Below, piece after piece: positions 14,226-29,971 of a stretch of 64,000 nt of DNA. Made by a program: the position numbers and the translations under genes. Under the pieces are notes generated by a model. It had not been told where the DNA came from and searched no databases. It saw only the letters and a program-made list of their open reading frames with translations. How positions within the stretch are numbered: the stretch's first letter is position 1; every line of letters starts with the position of its first letter. Source of the stretch: Octopus vulgaris (taxonomy: Eukaryota); the NCBI GenBank assembly GCA_951406725.2, contig OX597817.1, forward strand, positions 44,020,001 to 44,084,000, given 5' to 3'.

Positions 14226-14873
14226 AAAATCTATGTAACAGGCAAGCATTGTAATCTTAGTTTATCACAAATCTTTATTAAAATAAGAATATATAAGATA
14301 CCAAATACTCAAAATAAGTAAATGGAAAGGCAGCAAGCAAAGAAACAAGATAATCTAAAGCAACAAAACTGATGAATTTTTTTTTATGAGTAATTATCCC
14401 TTTCTTGTTGATTAATGTGCAAGTATGTATATAAAAGGAAAGCAAATGCAAGAAAGATAAGACAGGTACAGTAGTAAAACAAAGGATACACTGATCTCTT
14501 ACAAATATCTACATTATGTAGCAAACAGTTTTCATTCATTATGATGTGTATTAGATTTTCCTTTTCATCACTTCTATCTTTTTTGTGTTTCCTCTCTCCT
14601 GCACACCGTTCCTAGAAGAGTTCAACTGATTTTATTGATTTTCTTTCTCAAACAAGTTAAATGGTTCTCTGTCTAATATAATTAATTCAATCATTACAGA
14701 ATAGCTGTTGCCTGCTACTGAAATGGAAGTAATTTAAAACTGGCAGATTTTTAATTAAAATTATAATATGGGCTTATTTATACACACACATCCATAGATG
14801 CAAAGATGCCCATGTAGTAATGGAGAAATGATCTATCTATCTATCTGTCTATGTATCTATGTATGTATGTATG

Positions 14874-14929
<56 letters not shown>

Positions 14930-15023
14930 AATCTATATCATAATATAATACATATATAATATATATACAATATAATATATCACATAGTCCTTGTCATTAT
15001 TTAACGTTTGTCTTCCATATATA

Positions 15024-15070
<47 letters not shown>

Positions 15071-15607
15071 TGAACCCAGCACCATGTGGTTGGGAAGCAA
15101 AATTCTTACCACACAGCCACACCTGCACCTACATATATATATATGTGTGTGTGTGTGCGTGTGTATATCTATTATATAAAATCCGTTCTGTCTGTGTGTC
15201 TTCTAGGATCTTGAGCATCCTCCATCTGATTGCGCTCAAATTTGATATGTATCAGGGCATGTATATGTCTTGAAGAAATTACAAAAATTGATTCCAGGTG
15301 AGAATGCAATCGATTAAGCCGTGGGAATGTGCATATGTGAAATTGTTTTTCTTGGAATGGAAAAAAGTCTATCTTTATTTCTTGTTTTGCTGGTGTCTCA
15401 AATTTAGGTTAAATCAGTGTTTCTCAAAGGGGAGGCCTATGGGACAGTTGGACAAGTTGTTTTGAGAAAATTTGGTTTAAATGTTTGACAACTCAGCACC
15501 GTCCATTGGACGGGTGGGTGGGTGGCGTTTTGCTCATATATATATATATATATATGTATGTATATATGTGTATTTGTGTGTGTGTGTATATATATGTGTG
15601 TGTGTGT

Positions 15608-15990
15608 GTAGGTGCAGGTGTGGCTATGTGCTAAGAATTTTGTTTCCCAACCATATGGTGGTGGGTTCAGTTTGACCGCATGGCACCTTGTACAAATATC
15701 TTCTACTATAGCCTTGGGCTGACCAAAGCTTTGTGAGTGGATTTGGTAGATGGAAACTAAAAGATCATCATGTATACATATATGTGTGTTTGTCTGTATC
15801 TTTGTGTCTGTGTTTGCCCCCCCCCCCACTATCACAACATGACAACTTGTAAGTAGGCAGTTCAGCAAAAAGAGACTGACAGAATAAGTACCAGGTTTAA
15901 AAAATAAGTACTGCAGTTGATTCATTCCACTAAAAATTGAAGGCAGTTCTACAGCATGGCCACAATCTAATGACTGAAACAAATAAAAGA
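15608..15990 (+). mobile_element. SINE, family shared with 21225 and 38200
   Basis: gaccaaagctttgtgagtggatttggtagatggaaact...tgactgaaacaaataaaaga. Confidence 0.8.
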
Positions 15991-16374
15991 CAAGGGCACT
16001 TAGAGAGGGCAAACCGCTGCCAAGGCAACACCAACATCCTCTCAACGATTAGCCAGAGAAGACTTTTAAAATGAAATAAATTCAACTGCTCTCACAAACG
16101 AAAATACTAAAAATTAACCCGACCACTCTCAAAAATTAAGTAAAAAAAAAACGGAAAACTAATCCAGAACCCTTGTCTGGTACCTGATTGATCCCAATGG
16201 TAGTCATGGAATATGAAGGTGGCTGTAGAAAATTTAGTATCAGTAATAAATAGTTTATCCTATCTAATACAAGCCAAAGTTAACAAATTCACCATTCAAA
16301 ATAGTTACAGCCTAAAGGGAGATAATTGAGAAAGACTTGAAAGATCGTAATCAGGTAAGGTAAATATAACAAAT

Positions 16375-16565
16375 AATCAAGTATCCTTGTCTAGGACTAG
16401 ATTGATCTCCAAATCTAATCAGCTCGTGCCAGTCACGTGGCCAAACATCCCTGAAGGTTTCATCTGAATCCATCCAGTGGTTCTTGAGATATCTTGTCCA
16501 CGGACAAACAAACAAACACAACTGAAAACAATACCTCTGCCTTTGCTAAGGCAGAGGGAATAAAA
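16375..16565 (-). mobile_element. Non-autonomous repeat with a terminal hairpin (Helentron/HINE-like)
   Basis: Hairpin cctctgcctt-tgct-aaggcagagg next to (aaac)n; classification tentative. Confidence 0.4.
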
Positions 16566-19500
16566 CATATATATATGTGTGTGTGTGTGTGTGTTTGTGT
16601 GTGGGAAGACACACACAGAGAAAAACATATATATCATATTGCTTTATTCACTTTTTCCTTAATGCTGAAATGTACTGTCTTTCCTCATTCTGTTACTTTG
16701 CACACACCTTTCTTAATTTATAATTATGTTGGAAGACTTTTCATATATACAGATATACATTTGTCTTGTATTGTATTTTTTCAATCCTCCCAACAACTCA
16801 TCTTCAGTTAGACTTTTTTTCTCATTAGCATCTTTAAACATTTTTTTCTATCTTTGTTAATTTTTCATATTCACTCACCTACACCACAGCAACTTACTGA
16901 TACTGTCAAACTGAACAATATTGTCAGTTGGTGTCAAAATAGTAATATTTACTTATAAACTGAAGAAGGATAGAGCTTGATGGTGTTAATTTGTTTTTTT
17001 TTTATTAATATTTTTTTTCCAAATACTTTTTGTCATTCCTCTCTGCAACCTGCTTCATTATTGTTTACTGGTAACATGACACATACTCTTTTTCCTAACT
17101 ACGAGTTATTTCTTCCTTATGTATCCACTATTTATCTATAAATCTCCCTATCTACCTTTCTAATGTTTTATTTATCTACCTAGCCTGTAGTTTATTTCTA
17201 ATTGCCTTTCTAGCATTTTCTCTTGCTCCCTACCTTTTTATCATTGTCAGTATTCTTCTGTCTTTCTATTATTATGTTCTTCTATCTCTTCCTTCTCTCT
17301 CATTTTCTCTCTTTCCTTTGACTTACCTATTATTTTTGCCTTCTCTCCTCTTCCACAGAGCTCTACAAGCCTTCCTCTTTCCACTCCCTGTTTATGTTGT
17401 TGTCTATCTTTTTTTCAAAATGACCAATGGACTGGTCAGTTACATATTTTTTTCAGGTTTGGGCTTGTTGCATTCCTTTTTTCCCTTGATGTTGAAAGGC
17501 ATCCTATCTTTCCTCTATGAACAACTAGTTTTAATTTTGTCTTTATGTCAAAGAGTTTTTATGTATAAAAATAAATGTTTGTTTTGTTTTGTATTTTTCT
17601 CTTCTCTTCACAACTCCTTTTGTTTAATCATTTGGTTAAAACATGATGTCCATGTCTAAGCCCCAGCAGCTTCCATGTTACTGATACAACCAAATTGAAC
17701 TATATTGTCATAAAGTGTCAAAACTGGGATGGTATTTACTTCTCAAATGATGAGGGGTAGAGTATGTTTGCAGTTGCTTGTGTTGGTGTTTTTTCATTTT
17801 GCCTGTAAATTCTTTGTCGTCTGTCTGTGTTATCATTTCATTTATATTATATAATGTGTGTAAGTGTGTGTATGTATGCACACACACACATATACATATA
17901 CCTGCATTCATTCATTCATACAAACATACATACATATATCCATAAAGTTTATACATATATATGTATATATGTGCATACAGATTTCTTTGTTGTCTCTCTG
18001 TGCTAAACTTTTCATTATTATTGATATGTAATGCAACACATACTTTTTCACAACTACTAACATTTATTTTTATCTCTTGTCCACTTTTCTACTCATGTGC
18101 CTGTCTGTCTTTCAATCTATCTATCTACATACCATTTACTATCTATCTTTTGTATTCCCTATATTTTATCATGGCTCAACTCTAGGGAGGAGGCTGAGTC
18201 TTCTTCACCTTGCACTTTGTAGCATGTATTAGATACATTTTATTTTGGCTCCAGCACTAGAGATTAGAGATGTTTTGCTAAGCTAAAAGAATTTATAGCA
18301 GGTTTTTATATAGTTCTGTTTGCATGTAATTATGTCATCATCATGATCAGCAGCAGTAGCAACAGCAGCAGTTATAATTGTTAAAATATACTTAAATGGA
18401 ATTAGTATGATATGGAGACGGGATTAATTGGTATATGAATATCTATTCAATTGATGTATAGTAAGATCATTACAGAGAGTTTTTGAGCAATAGAAGTGTT
18501 TATTAAGTTATATACATTGTCTCAGTCACTACAATAAACCAAAATATTGTTGGTCATATGTATAACTGAAAGGAAATACCAGAGATGAATTTAAAAGAAT
18601 AGTAAAAATAATATAGTAAAAAGCAAGGCAAAACTTATTTTGTAAAATTCTTTTAAAAAATTTAGCTGTCCTCTTTCTATAATAAAGATTATTTTACATT
18701 CACTATTTGCTCTTTAATATCTTTTTCTGTACAATGTTTTCTGAATTTTAAAATTATTTATATAGCAGATTTTCAGATAACTAAATTTATTACTATGAGA
18801 TAAATTTCAGCTTGTGTATATTAATAATTTTAAATAATTCTGAGTAATATTTATCTATATTTTTCTATAAATAGATATAAAAATAATACTGAAAATATTT
18901 AATTTCAAATAGAGCTAGAAATATTAAATATCAAATTTCTAACATATATCTCTTCATTTAATTTGTTTAAAATAAACATAGCTAAACATTTTATTTGATT
19001 AGTTTATACGTTTAACTTTTATTCTATTTACTATATAAAGAGACAAGTTTTAAATCTAGCTGCACTTAAATGGTAGCTTGAAATGAGTGAAATAACAACT
19101 GACTAATTTAATCAGAAGGCCAGCAATTTTAAGGGAAGTTGTTTAGTCAATACCATCAATCCTGGTTCTTTATTTTATTGAACACAGAGGAATGAAAGGC
19201 AAAAGTTGACCTAGGCAGGAACTGAACTCAGAATGTAACAAGCCAGAACAAATGTCTCAAAGTAGTTTTTCCAGTACACTAATGATTCTGCCAGCCCACA
19301 ACCATTAATAAGAGAAACAATAATGAACAAACTTTATATTAAGTATGTAACAAGCAGTTATATAGCATATTTTTTTTTTAGTGACTGTATTATGACGGGC
19401 ACTACTTATATATATTTTCATGATGATGATGATGATTTGTTTAAAATGTGAAATATATTAAATCCCATATTTACATAATTCTAATATGCTAAATATGAGT

Positions 19501-20568
19501 CCAGTCTGTTTTCCAGATATTTTAACATTCAAAGACTACCAATTTAATGCAATATCTGAGGAGACAAATATAAGATAAAATCAGTTAGAACATAAAAAAT
19601 TTAAGCAATATGGATATAAATATAAATTGTTCAAAATACTTTATGTTGCTCATAGTTATCATCATCATTTTATATCTATCTTCCAAGCTTGTATGAATTG
19701 GATGGTTTGCCATTGTCCAAGTTAGTTATTATTTGAAGTTACTGTCCTACAAGATGGACCATGTTTTCCTCCAATATATCAGTTTTCACATGGTTTCTAT
19801 GGTTGGATAACTTTCCAATCAGTCATTTTCAGAGTGAATTGCATGCATTTTATCATGACACTAGCACTAGAGAGATTGTCATGTCCTTTGACATGATTAA
19901 AGAGTCCTATTGAGCTTATATTATGTTTGATCACTAACCACTTTATAGAGTGTACTCAGTACATTTTACCATAGACTAGCACTAAGGAGATTGCCTTGTA
20001 TCTCACATGACTAAATAGCCCTCTTATCCATGACACCACCTATACATTAGTTTAGAAATAGTTCTAAGGAATAAAAGACCATGTGATGATTGAAGATCAA
20101 GTCAATTGAAACATAGAGTACATATAAATATTAAAGAAAAAGAGCTTCATCTCTGAAAAGTAAAAATTTTAATTGCATGCATATAATGAAAGTAAAATAT
20201 TTAATCACTTGCAGATGGTTTTCTACTCACCTAAAGGTATTAGACGCTGGTTTTAGACAAATAAATTTGTACAATTAAATAGTTTAGCTTGTTTAATAAG
20301 ATGAATCAATGACCATGTGTATGTGTGTGTGTACATACACATGACTTAAATTCTATTTTTAATTATTACAGTGAATTAAAATCCTCTCTACATTGTCAGA
20401 GAATGTAACAAGGTTGACTTCTACCTTAAAAGCAAACATTACACACACACACATTCTAATGTACACCAACAATTTAAGTTTGTTTTGAAATTTGCAAGTA
20501 GATTATGATTCTGTTATTAAGCATGTAATACTTGAGTTAGTCATAATGAAAATGGTGTTTATATATAC

Positions 20569-20715
20569 CTGTATAGAATAACAGTCCATCGGCATGTCTG
20601 GTTTTGAAGTACATTGTCAGCTTGTCTTTACTGCTAACAAAAGAGTCACCTCTGCCTGAAAGATCGTATGTCAAGTACTCAACTCCAGTGAAAGTAGCTT
20701 CCACAATAGGCTTTT
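20569..20715 (-). CDS. NRXN: alpha-neurexin exon, start of LNS2 (147 nt, phase 1-1)
   Basis: tttttacttccag|AA AAG CCT...TAT ACA G|gtatat; encodes (E)KPIVEATFTGVEYLTYDLSGRGDSFVSSKDKLTMYFKTRHADGLLFYT(G), similar to vertebrate neurexin [42 protein letters not shown]. In frame with both neighbouring exons; absent from the ORF track. Confidence 0.93.
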
Positions 20716-21224
20716 CTGGAAGTAAAAATAAAAAAATAATAGTTTAGCATACATACTAGATAGTTAAAAATTGAGTGTAACTTTACATTTTATTTAAATA
20801 ATTTTCATGTTAAAAGTCAGCATTTTAGTTTATCATAAGAAGCAGATATGTAAATTATACTCCACAATAAGAGCATTTTAATTGAATTACATTCCAATGT
20901 TAACATTTAGCATTCATTTGATGACAATTTTCATCAATTGAAAATGCCAGTCTTTGCATTTGAGATCATCATTGTGTTTACTATATCTGTATTTGTACCA
21001 CTTTCAGTATCATGTTTATTCTGAAATCACTATAGTGGACAAAATGACATGCAATATTAGTTGTCTCTTCATGCTTTGAGTTGAAATCTGACCGTACTGA
21101 TTTTGCCTTTCATTCTTCAAGAGTTAATGAATCAGTGAAATACTACAGTTTATATAAACAACTATATTCCTTCCTGAAATTTTGTGATCTTGTGCCCATT
21201 TGAGAAATATATCATCATAATAAT

Positions 21225-21632
21225 ATAGGTGCAGGAGTGGCTGTGTGTTAAGTAGCTTTCTTACCAACCACATGGTTTTGGGTTCATTCCCACTGTGTGG
21301 CACCTTGGGCAAGTGTCTTCTACTACAGCCTTGGGTTGACCAAAGCCTTGTAAGCGAATTTGGTAGACAGAAACTGAAAGAAGCCCATCGTATATATGTA
21401 TATATGTATGTGTGTGTATATGTTCGTGTGTCTGTGTTTGTTTCCCCAACATTGCTTGACATCCAATGGTGGTGTGTTTACATCCCCGTAACTTAGCAGT
21501 TCGGCAAATGAGACCGATAGAATAAGTACTAGGCTTACAAAGAATAAGTCCTGAGGTCAATTTGCTCGACTAAAGGTGGTGCTCCAGCAAGGCTGCAGTC
21601 AAATGACTGAAACAAGTAAAAGAGTAAAGAGT
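21225..21632 (+). mobile_element. SINE, near full length, CpG-decayed
   Basis: Colinear with 38200-38570; tail aaacaagtaaaagagtaaagagta. Confidence 0.85.
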
Positions 21633-24600
21633 AATTACCCTGATTAATATTGAATTTATATTTCTTATCAGTAATACTTAGTGTGTAGGTCACTTTTAGC
21701 TGTCCCTTCAGCCTTTCTAAATGGGTTCTGTTGCATCCATTTAAGATAAATTTTCCTCATATCTATTTCATTTATTTGCTTTCTTCACGATATTACTCTT
21801 CTTATATTTCTTAGCAGACTGGTATGCCACAATCACATAGTCTCTTTAGCAGCTTGATTTTTAGCATGAACAATGCCGCAAATCAGAGCATATAGAAAAC
21901 TTTCCAATTATTAATGATTTAAAATTTTGGTCCTGACAGTCAGGCTGCCCTGCTAGAATTTACAGCAGCAAATAGCATGTGATAAAAGCCAACAATGATT
22001 AATCTAATTACTTTTATAATGATTAAAAAACACATCTTTGTTTATTAGTTTAATTCCTGTAATTACCCCCAAATAAATATATGAAGAGCTAATATTTAAA
22101 TATGTCAACTGACATAAGTTCACTCAGAGTTTCAGCTGACCTCAAACTGATGTTATCATTAAATGCTAGGATTAGCACTTACTAAGTGATGAAAATTTGT
22201 ATTTTACTTATTAAATTCTAATGCTAGAATAAGATATAATTGAAATATTCTTGAAAGTGTCAAGCACAGTCCATTGTATTATATTATTTATTCTCTTATT
22301 GATTTTTTCAGTGGTAAGCTAATGGAATTTGGTTTTAAGTTATTCAATCAATATGCTTTTTAGAATTGTCTGTTAACCCAATAAAAAGAAATGCAGGTGT
22401 GATAAATGCCTAACTCAAAATCCAATATGTACTATTTTGATTTAAAAAGTTGATCAGTTAATTTCAGAATTCTGATTGTGACATAAAAATCAATATTTTC
22501 TTTCATACCATACTTTGAAATTTCTTTATAAATAATATTTTATTTTTATTATATTTATTTACTTATTTTATTTCTAAAGTTACTTGAGTAATATAGCTTG
22601 AAGAGCTTTTAAAAAATTCATTATTTTCAATTTTAAATTTATCACATAAGGAGAAATATTGGACTTTACTTGTAGAATGGTGCTGGCAACAGAGCATAAA
22701 GATTTTTAGGTTTTCAAAATTTCTTTCATGTTAGGGTTCATTCAAAATAGATGGATGAAATTCAGTATATATTTTATTTAAATTAAAGGACTTAAAAATT
22801 GATTTTGTTGTATATAATTACCAAATGAATTAATTTTCAAGTACTTAAGCTAACTTCATTGAGCTTATATTTGTTAACACTTCAACAATCTTTTTTTCCA
22901 GTCACCTTTTAATATAGTTACTTTCACCACAACTCTCGGTCGCACTCAAAACCCTTCTCTCTGGGAGCATTTACACAGTTTATGGGCACCATTGCTTCAA
23001 ATCAGAATATAATGAAACTCATTGTTTGCTTAAAACCATACAACATAAGAAATAATATCTTACTTATGTGTAAAGTGACCAGCTGACAGAATTGTTAGCA
23101 CATCAGGCAAACATTTTCTCTGTCTTCATGCCTTGAGTTTGAATTCTAAAGAGATTGACTTTGTCTTTCATTCTTTCAGAGTTGATAAAATAAGTATCAG
23201 TTGGGTGCTGGGTTCGATGTAAACAACTTCCCCACTTCCCCAAAACTGCTAGTCTTGTATCAAAATTTGAAACAAATATTTTACTTATGTATACATTAAA
23301 TTATGTTTAATCATTTTAAATTTTTTCCAAAATGTACATAACATCTGAGATTGATATATTTTGCACAGTAGAAATTTTTTACTACCTTCACAACAGGTTC
23401 CATGAGATTAAAACAGCTTTATTTTTTTTTTAGTAAATTACTTTTAATTTTGTAGTATTTGATGATTATACTGTTGCCTTAGCAAGGATTTCTTGGGTTT
23501 CTCTTCACTGGCCCTACATAAGCATATTCTCTCTCTCTCTCCTCTCTTGCATTCATTGTTCATTGTCACATAGCTGTGACATATATTCTCAGTATGATTG
23601 AAGTAGTTTCGCTACTACCAAAGCAACAATCTATTTATCTTCTCCTATAAGTTCTTTAAACATATCTAAATTTGTAAAAACACTACAAATTCCATACTTA
23701 TGGTATTCATTAAGTGGATTCATCAATTTGTAGTAAAATTTATTTATAAAATTCTGATCTGAAATCCAAGCATTGAAATAATGGAAGAATTTTCTACAAT
23801 GAAATTTATTTTGTTCCTAAATGTATGTACAGTTATACCTTGATGTATGAGTTAATTTATTCCTGGAGATCGCTCATGAAGTGAAAACTTGTAAAGCAGG
23901 GCAATAATTTCTCATAGTAGCAACGTTTTAAATTGTAATTCATTTCCAGAAAACTATTTTACCAATAAAATTTATAATACTTGTAAATAAATGACAATGA
24001 AACAACAGTAGAATGTAAAGAATATTTTATGTGAAGTAAAAAGAATGTCAAGATCATTTACAATAAAAAAATTATAATCGTGTTCTGAATCACTTTCACT
24101 CATACTAGACTCTTGCACACCATCACTTGTAGATGTGGTTGCCGATTCACAAGCACTCGTAGATGGACTTGTAGATTTCTTTTTAAAAAAACAAGTCCAA
24201 AGATGTTTGCTTTTTTCACACTATAAATTTCTCAGTAACACACAGAAGCATTTTTTATGGTAGCCAGGGCTGGTTCAAGGTACTGGCAACTCAGGCAGTC
24301 ACCTGGGGCACCAAAGAGGGCATAAGAAAGACAAGGAAATTTCTACGACTGTCAGCTTGTACATGTTGAAGTTCAGCTTACCCAGGATGCCAAAAACCCT
24401 GATAGTAGCGGAAACTTTTGCACTCCATTCAAAATTTGGATCCTGTGCTTGAAAAATAAAACCCATCAACCTGGGGTCTTGTAAAGTGGGTCCTTGTCAA
24501 GGGAGATATTACTGTACTAATTTGCAAATTTGGATACCAACAAAGAAGAAAATAAGAAACCCTCTCTGGATGAATATTGTAAAACATTATTTAATCTAAT

Positions 24601-24773
24601 CTTACATTATAAAAGAAGCTGATCTCCATCTGTCTGTCCATAACAACATCTATGTAGAGACGGAAGAAGGGGAGGAATCAAAAGGGGAAATAACCCCAAT
24701 TACCCCATATATCTCAGGGGTAAAAGGGAGAGGAGGAAAAGTTGTTGAGGGAGATATACAGTGAGAGCAAGAG

Positions 24774-24816
<43 letters not shown>

Positions 24817-24925
24817 TGTGTCAAAGATAGACAATAACAAGTTTCGATTAAAAATACAAATTTTAAATGCAAGTCTTTCAACATAATGCAACACAGACTT
24901 TAAAAAAATAACTAAATGTATATAT

Positions 24926-24958
<33 letters not shown>

Positions 24959-25094
24959 ATACATATAGTTATTTTTGGGGTTGTTTGTTTGTGTGTGTAT
25001 GTGTGTGTGAGAGAGTGTTTCTTTGTCTTTCAACAAATAGACAAAGCAACAGACTTTCACGATGATGACAGATTGTTGTTGTTGTTGCTGTTGT

Positions 25095-25145
<51 letters not shown>

Positions 25146-25739
25146 GAGAGAGAATTAGAAGAAAAAGTTGTTTTTATTTAAAGAGAAATACAGAGCATGT
25201 GTGTGTGTGAGAGAGAGAGAGGGGGGAGAGAGAATTAAAATTTGTTTAAAAACAGGTTATTGTTGAAGGGTATATTTCATCTTGACTAGGTCATTACCAA
25301 GCAGCATAGCAACAGATTACAACTAGTTTCTATAATAATTGTGTTAACAACTCAGATTCAGTTTTCATTAGCGACAATAGACTTCATTCCTATACTAAAT
25401 AAATTTACAAATTTGCTAAAATAATCATACCTATACTAGCAAAGATAATTAGATGCTAAATGACATAAATATGAAACAAGAAAATAAACAGAAACAAAAC
25501 AATTATAACGATGCTATATTTTCTTTCACATAAATTTGTTTTTTATACATTTTGTATTTCTTTATTTCTATTATTATTATATAATTTTAAAAATCTTTTT
25601 AGTTAAGGTGAAAAACAGTGTCAGTGTTTCATTACAGGGTCTCTGAAAATGACAGGGAAACAAAGTGGGAGGAAAGAAGATTTCCTCAAACTAGAAACCT
25701 GGCCTAAATGAATGCAACAAAGTGAACTCCACTAAAGGC

Positions 25740-27135
25740 ACCTAAGGTATCAGGTAGTAGTTTTAAACTAAGTGACAGGTTAACTCATGATGGGATTTGA
25801 ACTCAGAACACAAAAAGCCAAAACAGATTCTGCATGGCATCAAGTCCAATGTTCTCACAGTCCTGTTAATCCACCATTTTCAAATTGGTCCTTTTTAATT
25901 GATCCTGAAAAGATGAATGGCAAAGATGAACTTGCCAGGATTTGAACTCAAAATGCAAAGAGATGTAATAAATACTGCAAAACAGTATAAATAACAAAAT
26001 TAGAGTTATTCAAAAGATCAATATATTTTTTTGGACATATTCCAAACTTATTATTGTAGATATTAGAACCATTAGCATGCCAGATAAAATGCTTGGTGAC
26101 ATTTTGTCTGTCTATATGCTCTGAGCTCAAATTCTGCTGAGGTTGATTTTGCCGTTCATCTTTTTAGGGTTGATAAAATAAGTACCAGTCAATGTAACTG
26201 ACTTCTTCCTCCCTTCAAAAACTGCTGGCCCTGTGTCAACATTTGAAACTATAATAGTAAATAATAGAGAAACCTTTTGTCAAAGTGTTGGCAGAAATAA
26301 ATGGAATGCTATAAAAACAGGTTTTAGTCTGTGAAGATATCAACTGCTAATTATAGTTAAAATTGCAATTAAGACAATTAAATGATGGGAAGACATGGTT
26401 TAATTTCTTATATATATGAGACATTAGGTGTAAAGACATGTGGCCTAATGGCTAGGGTGCTCAACTCATGATCTTAAGCTCATGGGTGCAATTCCTGGAT
26501 TAGGTGGTGTTTTGTGTTCCCTTAACATTGATAGTCTACTTAGCTGTAATAAGTACCAGCCTAGTGCTGATGCAGCTCCCTCTCCCTTCAGCTGTCACAT
26601 ACTGGATGTTATGCAGGGTCAAGGGCAAGACAGTTGAGAAGGTATCTAGTCTACTCATGATTACAAAGGCATCTAAAACAAGTTGTGAAAGCATGAAACC
26701 GGTTACTAAGCTGTGTTTATACTGGTGAGTGATGGCTGGTTATACAATATATATCTTGTTATCTTTTATTCATTTCATTCATTAGACTGTGGATGTGCTG
26801 GGGTACTGCCTTGGAGAGTTTAGTCCAACAAATTGTGCCTATACATTTTTCTTAAGTCTGGAACTTATTGGTTTCATTTTTGCTGAACTGCTAAATTATG
26901 AGGACATTAACAAACTTTGTCAGTGAGTGGTAGGGACAAATACAAATACAAAGACACACACAGACACATGCACACATATACAACAGGCTTATTTCAGTTT
27001 TTCAACTACATCTTCTCACAAGGCTTTGATCAACTTGGGGCTATAGTAGAAGCCGCTTTCTTAAGGTGCCAAACAGTGGGATTGACTCCAGAACCATGTA
27101 GTTGAGAAGCAAACTTCTTACCACACAGTTATGCT
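25740..27135. mobile_element. Cluster of decayed SINEs in both orientations
   Basis: ggatttgaactcagaa (25793, 25938, minus), tcaaattctgctgaggttgattttgcc (26127, plus), minus copy at 26760-27135. Confidence 0.7.
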
Positions 27136-29971
27136 GTGTATATATTCTATTATATATGCATATATAAGGTGCATTTTGTCAATACATTTGGAGATAGATT
27201 CTACAGTTTTCAAATTTTTCTGCATAAATGAATAATACCAGTCTGCTAAATTAAGGCAGATTTCTTTGTTTAACTGCTAATTATTTTAGCTACCTAGCTT
27301 TGTTAAATGTCTTTCTTTACTATATTACATGGCATTTCTTTATTAAATGCATATGTAATAAACTGATAAGGGGATCTTTCTAAACGGTTTGATAACACAA
27401 GTATTGACTGAAATTTATTTCGAAAGTCCTCTGGAATCAGTGCCAATATGCAATAGTTAATACATTTATAGCAGATGTGTAACTCAAATCAGTTATGCTT
27501 GATTAAGCAGAAGCCTACTGCAGGTGTAGCCAATTGAATTATTGGGAACAATCCAAACTCAAGCAGTTTGGGTATATAATGATTCAGTGAAGTCTGCAAA
27601 TACATTGTGTATCCTGTCATGCAGCAGTTATTTTAGGCAAGAAATGTAGCAATCATAGAAGAGAAGTGAAAAATGAGTTGATCATAAAGGGGGGATAATT
27701 TTGTTGTAGAAGAAAATCGAGACATTTATATTAGAAGTTTGTTTCCATTCCTCTCTGTGTGTCTATGTCAGAATTAAATCAAGAGATCATGATCCACTTG
27801 AAATAGTAGTTCCTGAATCACTTTCTACTATCGTAAAAGTAAAGGAATTACACATTGAATAAAAATAATCATCCATACAAAAGAAAATACATGGGCTGGT
27901 CATGACTGGAATGTTTTTCATCATATATCTTGTTCCATATATACTGACTTAGCTAGTATATGGGTCGAATGCTTGATTTTTATATATTTTCATAACGAAT
28001 GAGAATTTGAGTGACAGTGAATTTCTTTTTGTTTTATATAGGAACAAATAACAAAAATCATATAACAAGGCTTGCGAATAGTTTTGGTGATGTATATTTT
28101 TAAGTGCTTAGCACTTAAAAATCGTTTACGTGTTTAAGCACTTCGTAAGATAGACTACAATTTTCGTCGTAATTGTGTTCGAAAAGCAAATAGAAAAATG
28201 TATTTTGATAAATTTTTTAGAGATTTGAATATTATTAAATTATAACATTTTAAAATCATTTATATTAAAATCACTGGGGTTTGATTATCAAATACGATAG
28301 ATGTTTACCAATAGGTGATAAGGTTGAAATAAATATTAAGTCTATTTGATATATCTCAAGTTAAAATAACGATAACGGAAAGTGACTGGCATAAATTTTA
28401 TCTTTTACTTGTCTCAGTTATTGAATTGCGGTCATAGTGGAGTACTGCCGTGAATCGATCCCTATACTTAATATTTTTAAAGCCTGGTACTTAGTATTCA
28501 AAGTGTTTAGCTAAAAAAAAAAAATCTGTCCGACAGATTGAAAAGATCCATTGTCAAAGGTGGTGGGGAACGAACACAGAGATAAAAGCACACACCCCCA
28601 CATATACGTCCGGTTTCTTTTAGCTTCCACCTACCAAAGACACCCACAACAATTTGGTCGTCCCAAGGCTATCGTACAAGACACTTGCCTAAGGTGTCAT
28701 GCAGTTGCACTGAACCCGGAACTATGTAGTTGGGAAGCAAACTTTTAATTACACAGCAACGCTTGCGCTTATATATAAAAAAATATTTAATATAATGTAC
28801 GACAGACAACATAAAAAAGTAAGATCTTATGGCAATACTCGGGAATATATACTGGATATTTGGTCTATTTTTCTCAGAAGAAAGAAATGTCAAACGTGAG
28901 TATTTACAAAAATGAATACAAATAAGGCAACAAAATCTACAAATACAACTAAAATGCAGACTCATAATTTTGTACATTGTTAAAGTTACGGCATTAGATC
29001 AACTATTGTATGAAAATGTCAGAACAACTTAGTGTTTTTATAGAGAGAAAAATAAACTAAGTGTATTGATATGCCGTCATTTTTCTTTCGTAGAAACGTG
29101 ATATGGAGAGTTGGTGCGTTTTCACTGAAATAATGTAAGTTAAAGAGACTGGACAAGACATTTTAGTTGAGCCGAATTAAAATTGGTGAGAGGTGAGCAG
29201 CATTAGCGTCTTTTCATGTCGGAGAGATTGCGTGTAGCAGACGATAGAATTTCACTGAGGCGCATGCGTAGAATTAGGAACGCGTTTCTTTGGAATTGGA
29301 ACTATTGATGATTGACAAGAGATATGATCAGGAATGACTTATTTAGCCCTAGGTCAGCTGTGATCGAACACACACTCCCACGCACGCACGCACACATACG
29401 CACGCACACACACGCACGCACACACACGAACGCACGCACACACGAACGCACGCACACGCACAGTTTGTCAGAAACGTTTTCTGTACACAGTCTCTTGATC
29501 TGCTAGAAATAGTAGCGAACTGTTCCTGAAATCACCCCCCCCCCGAAACTACGCATTGGATAGTATAGTCATCCATACACAAAGGATGAATAATAATAAA
29601 GCAAAAAAAAAAAAAAGAAAAAAAATGGTTTGGTCACGGCTGGAATACCTTCCATCATAGATCTGATGAATCATGACTGATTCAGTTAGTGAATACGACA
29701 TTAAACGGGACGAACGTTTAATTAAAAAAAAAATATATTTTCCTATCGAAAGAAAACTAATTTGACTCACAGCGAATTTACTTTTATTTTATATGAGAAG
29801 AAATAAAAGAAAATATAATAGGGTTTACAAATAGTTTTGTTGACAGTAATTTTTTGTGCTTCATCACCAGTACGATGGACTATAATTTTCATCATAATAA
29901 TCTTCGAAAATCGAAAGAAAAATTGCATTTTCATATTTTTGCAAGACATTTGAATGTTATTACATTATTTG

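Noticed and set aside
13088-16045. 204-aa and 202-aa ORFs
   Set aside because: Run through microsatellites and SINE/LINE remnants with no domain-like sequence
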